Assembly: GCA_046726415.1 (NCBI GenBank)
Contig: JBKPAK010000327.1
Location: 1 to 32,272, forward strand
Origin: Candidatus Methylomirabilota bacterium
GTDB lineage: Bacteria > Methylomirabilota > Methylomirabilia > Rokubacteriales > CSP1-6
Reading direction: 5' to 3'
Length of the DNA stretch: 32,272 nt
Shown: piece after piece, positions 18,223 to 27,172 of the stretch
Numbering within the stretch: the stretch's first letter is position 1
How the letters are laid out: each line of letters begins with the position of its first letter
The notes under the pieces: model-generated
What the model was told of the DNA's origin: nothing
Databases searched by the model: none
What the model saw: the letters and a program-made list of their open reading frames with translations, nothing else
Translations under genes and position numbers: made by a program

Positions 18223-19967
18223 TCACGGCCGGATGACGGGCAAGGTGACGATGAACGTGGCGCCCAGTCCCACGCCCGCGCTTTGCGCCTCGACGGTCCC
18301 GGCGTGGCGCTCGACCAGTTCCCTCACGATGGCCAGCCCAAGGCCTAGGCCGCTATGGCGCCGGCTGGTCGAACTGTCCTGCTGGGCGAAGCGCTCAAAG
18401 ACGTGAGGCAGGAACGCTGGCGCGATGCCTTCCCCGGTGTCGCGGATGGAGACGACGGCGGTGGCTTCCATCTCCGCTAGATGGATCTCGACCGCCCCGC
18501 CGGCCGAGGTGAACTTCACGGCATTGTCCAGCAGATTCCAGAAGACCTGCTGGAGGCGATCGGCGTCGCCGGCCACCGTGACGTGAGGGAGCACCTCGGC
18601 GACGAGGCGGACGCCTTTGACATCGGCGGTGGGCCGGACGGTTTCCAGCGCAGCCGACAGGACCGGGGCCAAGTCCATGGGCTGGAGGTTGATCCGCATC
18701 CGTCCGGCCACGAGCTGATCGAAGTCGAGGAGGTCCTCGACGAGGCGCTTGAGGGCCTCGGCACTGCGCCGACTCGTGGCAATGGCGCGGGCAGCGGCGT
18801 GGGGGTCGAGGCGGCCCTGATCGAGCAGGTGGAGCCAGCCGATGATCGAGTTCAACGGCTGGCGCAGTTCGTGAGACACGGTGTGGAGGAACTCGTCTTT
18901 GAGGCGACTGGCCGCCTCCGCTTGGGAGCGAGCGTCCCGCTCGACGGCGAGGATGCGCGTGCGATCGGCCTCGAGGTCTTTGATTTCCGTGATGTCGATG
19001 CCGGAGCCGATGTAGCCGGCAAAGGAACCATCCGCATCGTGGAGTGGCACGCCGGTATCGAGGATCCACCGACGTCCGGGTGGACGTTTTCCACCCACTG
19101 CCCGCCGACCTCCTGCTCGAGCTTGCGTCCTGTGAAGCGCAGCCACGGCTGGTTGAAGAATGACCGGGTGGTATCCGCGGTGGCCATCCACACCATCACC
19201 GGGGCGGCATCGGCGATGCGCCGGAACCGGGCCTCGCTTTCCATGAGGGCCCGCTCGGCGCGGCGCCGCTCGGTGATGTCCCGGAACACAAGGACGGCAC
19301 CCGTAATTGCCCCGTGAGCGCTCCGAATGGGCGCGCCGCTGTCGTCGATCGGTCCCTCGCTGCCGTCTTTGCGGATGAGCAAGGTATGGTTGGCCAGGCC
19401 GGCGACCACACCCTCCCGGAGCACCTGCTCCACCGGATTCTCGACCACGGCGCGCGTGTCCTCGTTCACGATGGCGAACACCGTGGTGAGGGGGCGCTGA
19501 AAGGCATCTTTGAAGCTCCAGCCGGTGAGCCGCTCGGCCACGGGATTCATCGACGCTACCGCGCCATGAGCATCAGTCGTGATGACGCCGTCCCCGATGC
19601 TCGACAACGTGTCGCGGAAACGAACGCGTTCATGCCTGATCGTTCTGGTGTTCGAACAGAGATGCGCCGAGAGGATGCCGGTGATCAGGAAGGTAAGAAA
19701 GCGCGAAATAGTGTCGAAGTTGAGGACGGCCCCGAGGGGCCGGAACAAGGCAAACTCGCCCGCCACGGCGGCCAAGACGCTGGCGAGGACCCCGAGCCAG
19801 AGTCCTCCGTACCATCCCGCCACAACGACCGCCATGGTGAGGAGCAGGTGACGGCTCCAGAACAGGGGCGGCCACCCGGCCGTGATGACGATAGCAACCA
19901 CCACACCCACCGTGGCGAGGAGCCATCCCAGAACGAGATCTCGTCGGTCGCGGATCGTGACCCGCAC
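18223..19967 (-). pseudogene. Membrane PAS sensor histidine kinase (DUF4118-like TMs, PAS, PAS, HisKA, HATPase) disrupted by an internal deletion and frameshift
   Basis: One frame runs to WVENVHPD. A second frame resumes at RWILDTGVP and continues through VSHELRQPL, NLLDNAVKF and GLGLGL. Junction at about 19073/19072. Confidence 0.85.
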
Positions 19968-20211
19968 AGCTCAAATGCGGGGCGCTCCGGAAACCCGATC
20001 TCCGCGCCGCAACGTCGTTGGCGATTCGCGGGGAGCGCATTGCAAACTCGATCTGGAAAAGCGTCGCTTGGGTGGGCTGGGCGATGGCGAACCACCTGGC
20101 CATTCTATACGCGCCGGGCAGCCACTCGGATGCGGCGCACCTCTCCCGGAGGCCACCGGGCGGGCGGCCCGCGGGTTGTCAGTTCTTCAACTAGGAGATG
20201 GCTTTCCTCGG

Positions 20212-20227
20212 CGGCGTGGATTTTGCC
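20212..20227 (+). promoter_or_regulatory. sigma54-type -24/-12 element
   Basis: CGGCGT-GGATT-TTGCC. Confidence 0.45.
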
Positions 20228-20352
20228 TGAGACGTAGACATGTTGGAGGGAAACCGCGTGTTCGTATCAGCAACTGCGTCGAACTGCGCGCTCGGCGAAA
20301 CGCTTCGCCCACCATCGGCGCTGAAGCCGAAGACGTCGGCCTGACGCCGTCA

Positions 20353-20700
20353 ATGATGCGTATCGCCGCGTTCGCCGCGCTGGTGCTCCTCAGTCTGAGC
20401 GCCGTCCATCCGATCGCGATGGGGCAAGAGCCTGTGCAGCATGGCGCTCAGCCGAATCCCGGTGAGGTGAGGCCTCCCAGTCCCCAGGGTGACGCTTCGT
20501 CTCAGACGACGGGAACGCTACAAACTGACCGGACTCTCGAACGCCCGTTCGGCCTTCCCCTCGGCCTTGCGCTTGGAGTGGCGGCGCTCGTGCTGGTGGT
20601 GGTCGCCCTCTGGATATACTCCCGACGGCGGACGATAGGGGCTCGGAGGGGTGGAGCGCTCGGCCGCCGGGACGGCGACAGACACGCCGCGGGAAGTTGA
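20353..20700 (+). CDS. Small exported protein with a C-terminal membrane anchor
   Basis: Signal peptide, P/Q/G/T-rich linker, TM helix followed by RRR. Confidence 0.65.
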   Translation: MMRIAAFAALVLLSLSAVHPIAMGQEPVQHGAQPNPGEVRPPSPQGDASSQTTGTLQTDRTLERPFGLPLGLALGVAALVLVVVALWIYSRRRTIGARRGGALGRRDGDRHAAGS

Positions 20701-20939
20701 CGGCGCTAGGTTGACAGCGGCTAGATAGAGGGCCTAGCTGCCCAGTCTCCACTCCCGGAACGGGCACCCACCCGAGAATGGGTCGAGCGCCACGGGGCCC
20801 GCATGCTCAGACCTAGCGAGGCGTCGACTTTCCGCGATGTCGGCCTTGATCGCTAGGTCTTGGGCGGTCCTCACTTGGTTCTGGGCGCTGTCCAGCTCCG
20901 TTCGGGCTATAGCCGTGGGCATGATGCGTCGTGGCTCGG

Positions 20940-20955
20940 GGGCAGCGCTCTTGCT
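20940..20955 (+). promoter_or_regulatory. Possible sigma54-type element upstream of the SDR
   Basis: GGGCAG-CGCTC-TTGCT. Confidence 0.4.
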
Positions 20956-20968
20956 CTTGCTGACCACC

Positions 20969-21985
20969 ATGCTGCAGCGGAAGGGGCGGTGGCTGCTCCT
21001 GGCCGCAGGCGCGACAGCCCTGCTGCTCGCGTCGAGGCGTGCGGGGCGGCTGGCGGATTTTCACGGCCAGAGTGCCCTCGTCACTGGAGGCTCGCGCGGA
21101 CTCGGTCTGATGCTCGGACGCGAGCTGATCGCCTCCGGTGTCTCGGCACTGGCGATATGCGGCCGCGATGAGGGCGCGCTTGAACGCGCGCGCCAAGACC
21201 TGACGAAGAGCGGGGCGCGAGTCCTCGCTATCCGGGCCGACGTCACCGACCAGGGCCAGGTGGAGAATCTCGTCCAGACGGTCGCCGCACAGTTCGGCCG
21301 CCTCGACATCCTGATCAATAATGCGGGCACCATCGCCGTGGGTCCGCTCGGCGCCATGACGGTGGCGGATTTCGAAGACGCCCTCCGAACGAACTTCTGG
21401 GGCCCGCTCTACGCGTCGCTCGCCGCGCTGCCGGTGATGCGGCGCCAGCGAGGTGGGCGCATCGTCAATATTGCCTCCATCGGCGGAAAGATCAGCGTGC
21501 CGCATCTGGTGCCGTACGCGGCGAGCAAGTTCGCGCTGGTTGGCCTTTCCCAGGGCCTGCGCGCCGAGCTGGCCCGGGAGGGCATCGTGGTGACCACCGT
21601 CTGTCCGGGTCTCATGCGAACAGGAAGTCCTCGCAACGCCGATTTCAAGGGACACCACCGGGCCGAGTACGCGTGGTTCAGTGTGAGCGACTCCTTGCCC
21701 GGCCTTTCCATGGACGCCCGGCGTGCCGCGCGCCAGATCGTGCGCGCCTGTCGCCGCGGTGATCCTGAAATCGTGCTGTCGCTTCCCGCCAAGGCGGCGG
21801 TCACTCTGCAATGTCTGGTGCCCTCCCTCGTCAACGGCGTTCTCCAACTCGTGAACCGGGCCTTACCGGGACCCGGCGGGGTTGGGCGGGCGCGCGTGAA
21901 GGGTCGGGACAGTGAGTCGTCCGTCTCCCCCTCGATCCTGACCGTCTTCGGCGACTCGGCCGCCCACAAGCTCAATCAGATCTGA
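20969..21985 (+). CDS. SDR family oxidoreductase with an N-terminal hydrophobic anchor
   Basis: TGGSRGLG, NNAG, YAASK and PGLMRTGS. Start uncertain; the ORF is open from 20837. Confidence 0.9.
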   Translation: MLQRKGRWLLLAAGATALLLASRRAGRLADFHGQSALVTGGSRGLGLMLGRELIASGVSALAICGRDEGALERARQDLTKSGARVLAIRADVTDQGQVENLVQTVAAQFGRLDILINNAGTIAVGPLGAMTVADFEDALRTNFWGPLYASLAALPVMRRQRGGRIVNIASIGGKISVPHLVPYAASKFALVGLSQGLRAELAREGIVVTTVCPGLMRTGSPRNADFKGHHRAEYAWFSVSDSLPGLSMDARRAARQIVRACRRGDPEIVLSLPAKAAVTLQCLVPSLVNGVLQLVNRALPGPGGVGRARVKGRDSESSVSPSILTVFGDSAAHKLNQI

Positions 21986-22046
21986 GGTCGTCCGAGCCGG
22001 GACTCCATCGAATGAACGGAAGAGTCGGCATCGCGGGAGGAACTCC

Positions 22047-22331
22047 ATGACAAGCCGAAGCACCAAGAAGACACGGACGCCGAAGGCGAAGCGGCCGACG
22101 AAGACGCGAACGACGAAGGGGAAACGAGCGAGGCACGCGAAACGGCCGCGCACCTCCTCGACCGATCGACGAGGTCCGACGCGGCGGACCGCGACCGAAG
22201 CGCGTTCATCTCGGCGCCCGCCTCCCTCGTCACCGGCGCGATCCAGTCGTCGTGCCTCGACGGCGCGGCCCGAGATGCGCGAACCCGAACAGCTCTTGGA
22301 GCCCGAGCGCGACGAAGCCGGGCCACGATAG
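22047..22331 (+). CDS. Lys/Arg/Thr-rich basic low-complexity protein (histone H1-like)
   Basis: Strong SD GGAGGA; TKKTRTPKAKRPTKTRTTKGK; acidic C-terminus. Confidence 0.6.
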   Translation: MTSRSTKKTRTPKAKRPTKTRTTKGKRARHAKRPRTSSTDRRGPTRRTATEARSSRRPPPSSPARSSRRASTARPEMREPEQLLEPERDEAGPR

Positions 22332-22372
22332 TTCCAGACCCAAAGAACATCACCAGGAAAGGGGGCATCGTT

Positions 22373-22744
22373 ATGCGGAGCACTAGGGCGCGACTCGAGG
22401 GTGAGCGACGAGAGGCCATCAAGAAGCTCCAGCAGGTCCGTGGCTCGAGCGAGGTGACGACCGCGGAAACCGGCGGGGTGGAGGACACCGTCGAGGGCGG
22501 CGATCGGGCGCAGGCGAGCCTCCTCCAACACCTTGAAGTCGCCACGTGCGAACGACTCGCGAGCCGAATCAGCCGTCTCACCGAGGCGCTTCATCGCATC
22601 GAGGAGGGGACGTACGGCGTCTGCGAGCGTTGCGGTGACGAGATTTCGCCGAAGCGCCTGCGCGCCGTCCCCGAAGCCACCACCTGCATCGCCTGCCAGG
22701 AGGCGTTCGAACGGAGAGGAGGGCGCCGAGCCCTGGCCGCGTGA
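22373..22744 (+). CDS. TraR/DksA C4-type zinc finger protein
   Basis: ALHRIEEGTYGVCERCGDEI...RLRAVP...CIAC. Confidence 0.92.
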   Translation: MRSTRARLEGERREAIKKLQQVRGSSEVTTAETGGVEDTVEGGDRAQASLLQHLEVATCERLASRISRLTEALHRIEEGTYGVCERCGDEISPKRLRAVPEATTCIACQEAFERRGGRRALAA

Positions 22745-23280
22745 CCCAGCCGCCCGATCACCCACTCCGTGCCATGACAAGCCACCACGTCAAGGCCCTG
22801 GACGAGGCTCTCCCACAGCAGCGCTGGGCATGGAAGGCCGAGCGAGTCGGCTGGGTCATCATGGTTCTGATCTTGGCCGCGGCCCTGCTGGGACTGTTCG
22901 GTTCAGGTCCGCTCGCTACCGGACGCGCCAGCGGCGAGGCGGACGCGTTGCGCGTGGAATATACGCGCTTTGCTCGCTACCAGAGCCCGGCCACCATGCG
23001 GGTTTACGTGCAGCCACCACTGCCGCCGCCGGAGGGTGAAATTCGGCTGGCCGTGAGCCGTGATTTCCTGGACGCGATGAACCTGGAGGGTATCACCCCC
23101 TGGCCCGACGCCATGAAGTCGGGCGACGGGATGGTGGTGATGACATTCAGAGACGGAGGCGGTGACCGCCCGCTCCTCGTGCGCTTCGACTATCGGCCGA
23201 CCGCCATCGGGCTGCACCGAGGCCAGATCGGCGTGATACCCGGTCCGTGGGTGGATTTCCGGCCATTCGTCTATCCATGA
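22741..23280 (+). CDS. Hypothetical single-TM protein
   Basis: ERVGW-TM-GLFGSGPL followed by a beta-rich domain; GTGA overlap with the DksA-like gene. Confidence 0.75.
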   Translation: MTQPPDHPLRAMTSHHVKALDEALPQQRWAWKAERVGWVIMVLILAAALLGLFGSGPLATGRASGEADALRVEYTRFARYQSPATMRVYVQPPLPPPEGEIRLAVSRDFLDAMNLEGITPWPDAMKSGDGMVVMTFRDGGGDRPLLVRFDYRPTAIGLHRGQIGVIPGPWVDFRPFVYP

Positions 23281-23302
23281 CGATGACCAAGGAAGGGTCG
23301 GC

Positions 23303-23749
23303 ATGGAATCGGTGATCCGGGCCGCCGTCATCTACGCCTTCTTGATGGTCCTCTTCCGCATCATCGGCAAGCGATCCTTGGGGCAGATCACGACCTTCGA
23401 CTTCGTGCTGCTCCTGATCATCAGCGAGGCCGTGCAGAACGGCATGGTGGGCGAGGACTACTCCGTGACGAACGCCGTGCTGCTGGTGCTGACGCTCACC
23501 ACCGCGGACATCGGGCTCTCCCTCCTTAAGCAGTACGCGCCCCGCGTGGGGAAATTCCTGGAGGGCACTCCGGTCATTCTCCTGGAGAACGGCCAGCCCT
23601 ATCACGACCGGCTCCGGAAGGCGCGGGTCGACGAGGATGACATTCTGACGGCGGCCCGGCAGCACATGGGTCTGGAACGGCTCGATCAGATCCGCTATGC
23701 CGTCCTCGAGCGCAATGGCGGGATCTCCATCATCCCCAAAGAATCTTAG
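23303..23749 (+). CDS. DUF421 / YetF-family membrane protein
   Basis: GKRSLGQITTFDFVLLL, EGTPVILLENG and AVLERNGGISII. Confidence 0.92.
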   Translation: MESVIRAAVIYAFLMVLFRIIGKRSLGQITTFDFVLLLIISEAVQNGMVGEDYSVTNAVLLVLTLTTADIGLSLLKQYAPRVGKFLEGTPVILLENGQPYHDRLRKARVDEDDILTAARQHMGLERLDQIRYAVLERNGGISIIPKES

Positions 23750-23829
23750 AGGCTCACGCCTGCGAACGCCTCGGCCGGGCAAGCGACATGCCGTCGACGC
23801 GGCGGCACTCGAGATCATGATCTTTAGAA

Positions 23830-23896
23830 TCGAGGCGCGGTAGCGCCTCGACGCTGTCCGTCGGCGGGGACGGCTGATTCAGGGTCCCGCCGACGG
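23830..23896. terminator. Two GC-rich hairpins between convergent genes
   Basis: tcgaggcgc-ggta-gcgcctcga (23830-23851) and ccgtcggcggg...cccgccgacgg (23858-23896); U-tracts are weak. Confidence 0.5.
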
Positions 23897-23932
23897 TGAC
23901 CGCGTTCGCGCTGTCGCCGCGCCCGCCGGGTC

Positions 23933-25684
23933 TCACACGAGCTCGCGGACCTTGTCGGCGACCACGGTCAAGGCGATGCGTCCCCGGTTCGGCTCCCCGC
24001 GGATCAACGACGTCGCGAACTGCTTGGCCTGCTCGAGGGTGATCTTGGCGGGAAGCGGCGGCTCGAATGGATCGACGACGGCCTCTACGATGACAGGCCC
24101 AGGCGTGTCGAGGGCCTGCTCGAGCACGGCGCGGCATTGACCGGGATCCTCGATGGTGTAGCCGGTGCCACCGCAGGCGCGCGCGAATAGGGCGAAGTCA
24201 ATCGGCTGCAGGTCGCATCCGTACTCCGGATTGCCGAGGAAGACCATCTGCTCCCACTTGATCTGCCCCAGCGTGTTGTTCTTCACGATCACGACTTTGA
24301 CGGGAAGCTGGTACTTGACGCACGTGGCGAACTCCGCCATCAGCATGGAGAAGCCTCCGTCTCCCACGAAGGCGACCACCTGGCGCTCGGGATAGGCCAC
24401 CTGGGCGGCGATGGCGTAGGGCAGGCCATTGGCCATGCTGGCCAGGTTTCCCGAGAGGGAGTGGAGCTGGCCGCGTTGGGCCGGAATGTGACGCGCCCAC
24501 CAGGTGGCGATGGTCCCGCTGTCGCAGGTGACGACGGCGTCATTTCGCAGGCACTGGCCGAGCTCGCGGGCGACCACCTGGGGCTTCATCGGCACGTCGC
24601 GCCGGGTGCCGCGCTCCTCCATCAGCGCCCTCCAGGCCTCCATCGCCTTCTGCGCGCGTTCGAGGAAGCTTCGATCTGTCTTGCGCTGAAGCATGGGCGC
24701 GAGTGCGGCGAGCGTCCGACGGCTGTCGCCGACCAGCCCGACCTCCACCGGATAGCGCAGGCCGATTCGCGTGGGATCCAGCTCGATTTGCACGCCCTGG
24801 GCCTGCCCGGGCTTTGGGTAGAACTCGAGGTACGGAAACGATGTGCCCACCATGAGGAGCGTGTCGCATTCCTCCATGACGTCCTGCGACGGGCGACTGC
24901 CGAGCAACCCCACGGGGCCAGTGGTATAGGGACTGTCATCGGAAACCGCGCCTTTGCCCAGGAGCGCCTTGACGATCGGGGCGGCCAACACATCGGCCGT
25001 CCGCTCGAGCTCCTCGCCCGCGCCGAGGGCACCGCGCCCGGCTAGAATCGCCACTTTCGTCCCCGCATTGAGAATGTCGGCGGCTCGGTGTAGGTCCTCC
25101 GCGTCGGGCAGCCGGGCACTATGGGCGGCCACGTCGGAGGTGTGGTGCGGAATGTTGCGCTTCGAGCGCCGCGCAGTTCCCGCCATGTCCTGGATGTCCA
25201 CGGGAATGGTGAGGTGAGCCACCACTCGGTCGGCCAGGGCGGTCCGGCAGGCGAGATCGGCCGCGTTCTCCACGTGCGTCGGACCCATGATCCGCGCGTT
25301 GTAGCGCGCGACGTCCATGAAGAGCTTGTCCAGCTCGACGTCTTGCTGGGTGTGAGTGGCGACGAGATCGTGGTAGGCCATCCCGGTGAGTGCGAGCACC
25401 GGCTGACCGTCGAGCTTGGCGTCATAGAGGCCGTTCAGCAAGTGAATGCCGCCGGGACCCGAGGTGGCCAGACAGACCCCGAGCTTTCCGGTGAACTTCG
25501 CGTAGCCGCAGGCCATGAATGCGGCCGTTTCCTCGTGGCGAACCTGAATGAAGCGAATGGCGTTCTGGCGTTTGCGCAGCGCCTCCATGATGCCGTTGAT
25601 GCCGTCGCCCGGAAGACCGAAAATGACGTCCACGCCCCAGTCGTGAATTGTGTCGATCAGAATATCCGCAGCTGTCTCGGCCAT
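23933..25684 (-). CDS. Thiamine pyrophosphate-dependent pyruvate oxidase/dehydrogenase (PoxB/YdaP-like)
   Basis: FGLPGDGIN, VRHEE, TSGPGGIHLLNGLYDA, TPP motif GDGG...NN; SD GGAGGGG. Confidence 0.92.
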   Translation of the reverse strand: MAETAADILIDTIHDWGVDVIFGLPGDGINGIMEALRKRQNAIRFIQVRHEETAAFMACGYAKFTGKLGVCLATSGPGGIHLLNGLYDAKLDGQPVLALTGMAYHDLVATHTQQDVELDKLFMDVARYNARIMGPTHVENAADLACRTALADRVVAHLTIPVDIQDMAGTARRSKRNIPHHTSDVAAHSARLPDAEDLHRAADILNAGTKVAILAGRGALGAGEELERTADVLAAPIVKALLGKGAVSDDSPYTTGPVGLLGSRPSQDVMEECDTLLMVGTSFPYLEFYPKPGQAQGVQIELDPTRIGLRYPVEVGLVGDSRRTLAALAPMLQRKTDRSFLERAQKAMEAWRALMEERGTRRDVPMKPQVVARELGQCLRNDAVVTCDSGTIATWWARHIPAQRGQLHSLSGNLASMANGLPYAIAAQVAYPERQVVAFVGDGGFSMLMAEFATCVKYQLPVKVVIVKNNTLGQIKWEQMVFLGNPEYGCDLQPIDFALFARACGGTGYTIEDPGQCRAVLEQALDTPGPVIVEAVVDPFEPPLPAKITLEQAKQFATSLIRGEPNRGRIALTVVADKVRELV

Positions 25685-25733
25685 TGTCCCCTCCCACGGC
25701 TGGACGCGATCGATTGACGTTCTGCCGGTGCGC

Positions 25734-25749
25734 TGCAACGCGAGTGCCG
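25734..25749 (-). promoter_or_regulatory. sigma54-type -24/-12 promoter of the pyruvate oxidase-like gene
   Basis: CGGCAC-TCGCG-TTGCA. Confidence 0.7.
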
Positions 25750-25794
25750 CCCATGCGCGTCGCCAGCACTTACCTCCGAGCGAGCGCAGTCTCG

Positions 25795-26271
25795 TCAGCG
25801 ATAGTAGATGTGCCGGCCCACGTGCGCCGTCCGCCGGTGCTGGGCCGACCACGCGGGTCGCACGTCATCCCGATGGAAACGGAGGGCGCCCCGGGTCGGG
25901 TCCGGAGGCGGCGCCGACAGCAGCTCGTCGGCTAGCGAGCGCGCGAGGGTCCAGCTCGCGCCTTCCTCGGGCTGGTCGGGCTTGCCATCGCACCAAAACG
26001 AGAACTGACAGGGCGCGGACGCGCCGCCCTGGCGCACGACTTGGCAGATCGTCGAGGGAAACTTCGCACTGCGCAGCCGGTTCAGTACGACCCAGCCTAC
26101 GGCCAGCATGCCATCGCGGCCCTCCTCGCGGGCCTCCCAGTAGAGCGTCAACGCCAGGCAGCGCGCCTCGCTCTCGCTGGCTGCGTTCCCCGTGCTGTTC
26201 GGTGGGACGGCGACCAGCGCCGTCGCCAACAGCGCGATGAGCGTCACAAGCATTGCTGGCCGCAGCGTCAT
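25795..26271 (-). CDS. Cell wall hydrolase, SleB/Hydrolase_2 family
   Basis: CLALTLYWEAREE, AVGWVVLNR, FPSTICQVV, CQFS and GRHIYY; signal peptide. Start 26271 preferred over 26310. Confidence 0.9.
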   Translation of the reverse strand: MTLRPAMLVTLIALLATALVAVPPNSTGNAASESEARCLALTLYWEAREEGRDGMLAVGWVVLNRLRSAKFPSTICQVVRQGGASAPCQFSFWCDGKPDQPEEGASWTLARSLADELLSAPPPDPTRGALRFHRDDVRPAWSAQHRRTAHVGRHIYYR

Positions 26272-26298
26272 TCGGCGGATTACTCCCGCTCCCACCGT

Positions 26299-26314
26299 TG
26301 CGTCCGCCATGCCA
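26299..26314 (-). promoter_or_regulatory. sigma54-type element upstream of the SleB-like gene
   Basis: TGGCAT-GGCGG-ACGCA. Confidence 0.45.
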
Positions 26315-26339
26315 GCTCCCGCTATGCCCTCATCCTCGC

Positions 26340-26355
26340 TGGCATCGACCTTGCG
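26340..26355 (+). promoter_or_regulatory. sigma54-type -24/-12 promoter of the DUF4142 gene
   Basis: TGGCAT-CGACC-TTGCG. Confidence 0.7.
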
Positions 26356-26432
26356 GAAACCATGCTCAAAGGAGCGCCGGGGTGGCGTCGAGGCACGACC
26401 CGCGCGTCATACGCCGAAGACAGGAGGAACTC

Positions 26433-27092
26433 ATGTGGAAACGAACCGTGTTGAGTGCAGGAATCGCAGTATTGGCGCTGGTGTGGGCTGCGGGCAGTCA
26501 CGCGCAGCAACCCGGGGTGGTCGTGATCGTCACCGATCCTGACCAACAGTTCATAATTCAAGCGGCGCAGGGCGGAACGGCCGAAGTCGCGGTGGGACAA
26601 CTGGCCGCTACGCGCGCCGTCAATGACGCTGTGCGCCGGTTCGGCCAGCGCATGATTCTGGACCACGGCGCGATGAATGGCGAGCTTCAGGCGCTCGCCG
26701 CGCAAAAACGCGTGCCGATCGTGACCGAGATGGGCCCTCAGCATCGCGCAACGTATGACCGGTTGGCCTCGCTGACCGGGCTGGACTTCGACCGCACGTA
26801 CGTCGCTGAGATGGTGATCGACCACGACAAGGACGTCAGCGAGTTCGAGCGGGTGAGCCAGACCGCCAGGGATCCCGATGTCCGCGCGTGGGCGAGCAGC
26901 AAGTTGCCCGTACTCCGCGAGCACCAGAGCCTCGCGCGCCAGCTTCACGGAATCCTGGCGCAGGCACCCATAAGCACCCCGGCTGCTCTGCCGGCGGCGG
27001 TCGTCGTCGTTCCGGCTGCGCCGGCGCCTCCGTGGTGCGGTGGCTCCTGGCGGCCTGATGGTGGATCGAACTTCAGCGGCTGCTCGAGGTAG
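26433..27092 (+). CDS. DUF4142 domain secreted protein (ferritin-like)
   Basis: DQQFI..AAQGG.AEV..GQLA, FGQRMILDH, FDRTYV.EMV.DH and LPVLREH; SD AGGAGG; signal peptide. Confidence 0.9.
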   Translation: MWKRTVLSAGIAVLALVWAAGSHAQQPGVVVIVTDPDQQFIIQAAQGGTAEVAVGQLAATRAVNDAVRRFGQRMILDHGAMNGELQALAAQKRVPIVTEMGPQHRATYDRLASLTGLDFDRTYVAEMVIDHDKDVSEFERVSQTARDPDVRAWASSKLPVLREHQSLARQLHGILAQAPISTPAALPAAVVVVPAAPAPPWCGGSWRPDGGSNFSGCSR

Positions 27093-27172
27093 AACGATTC
27101 GCGATTGAGGTCACCGCCAGGAGCCGGGCGAGAACGAGCGGCAATGCTGACGGTGGATCCTGGCGGTCGGCC

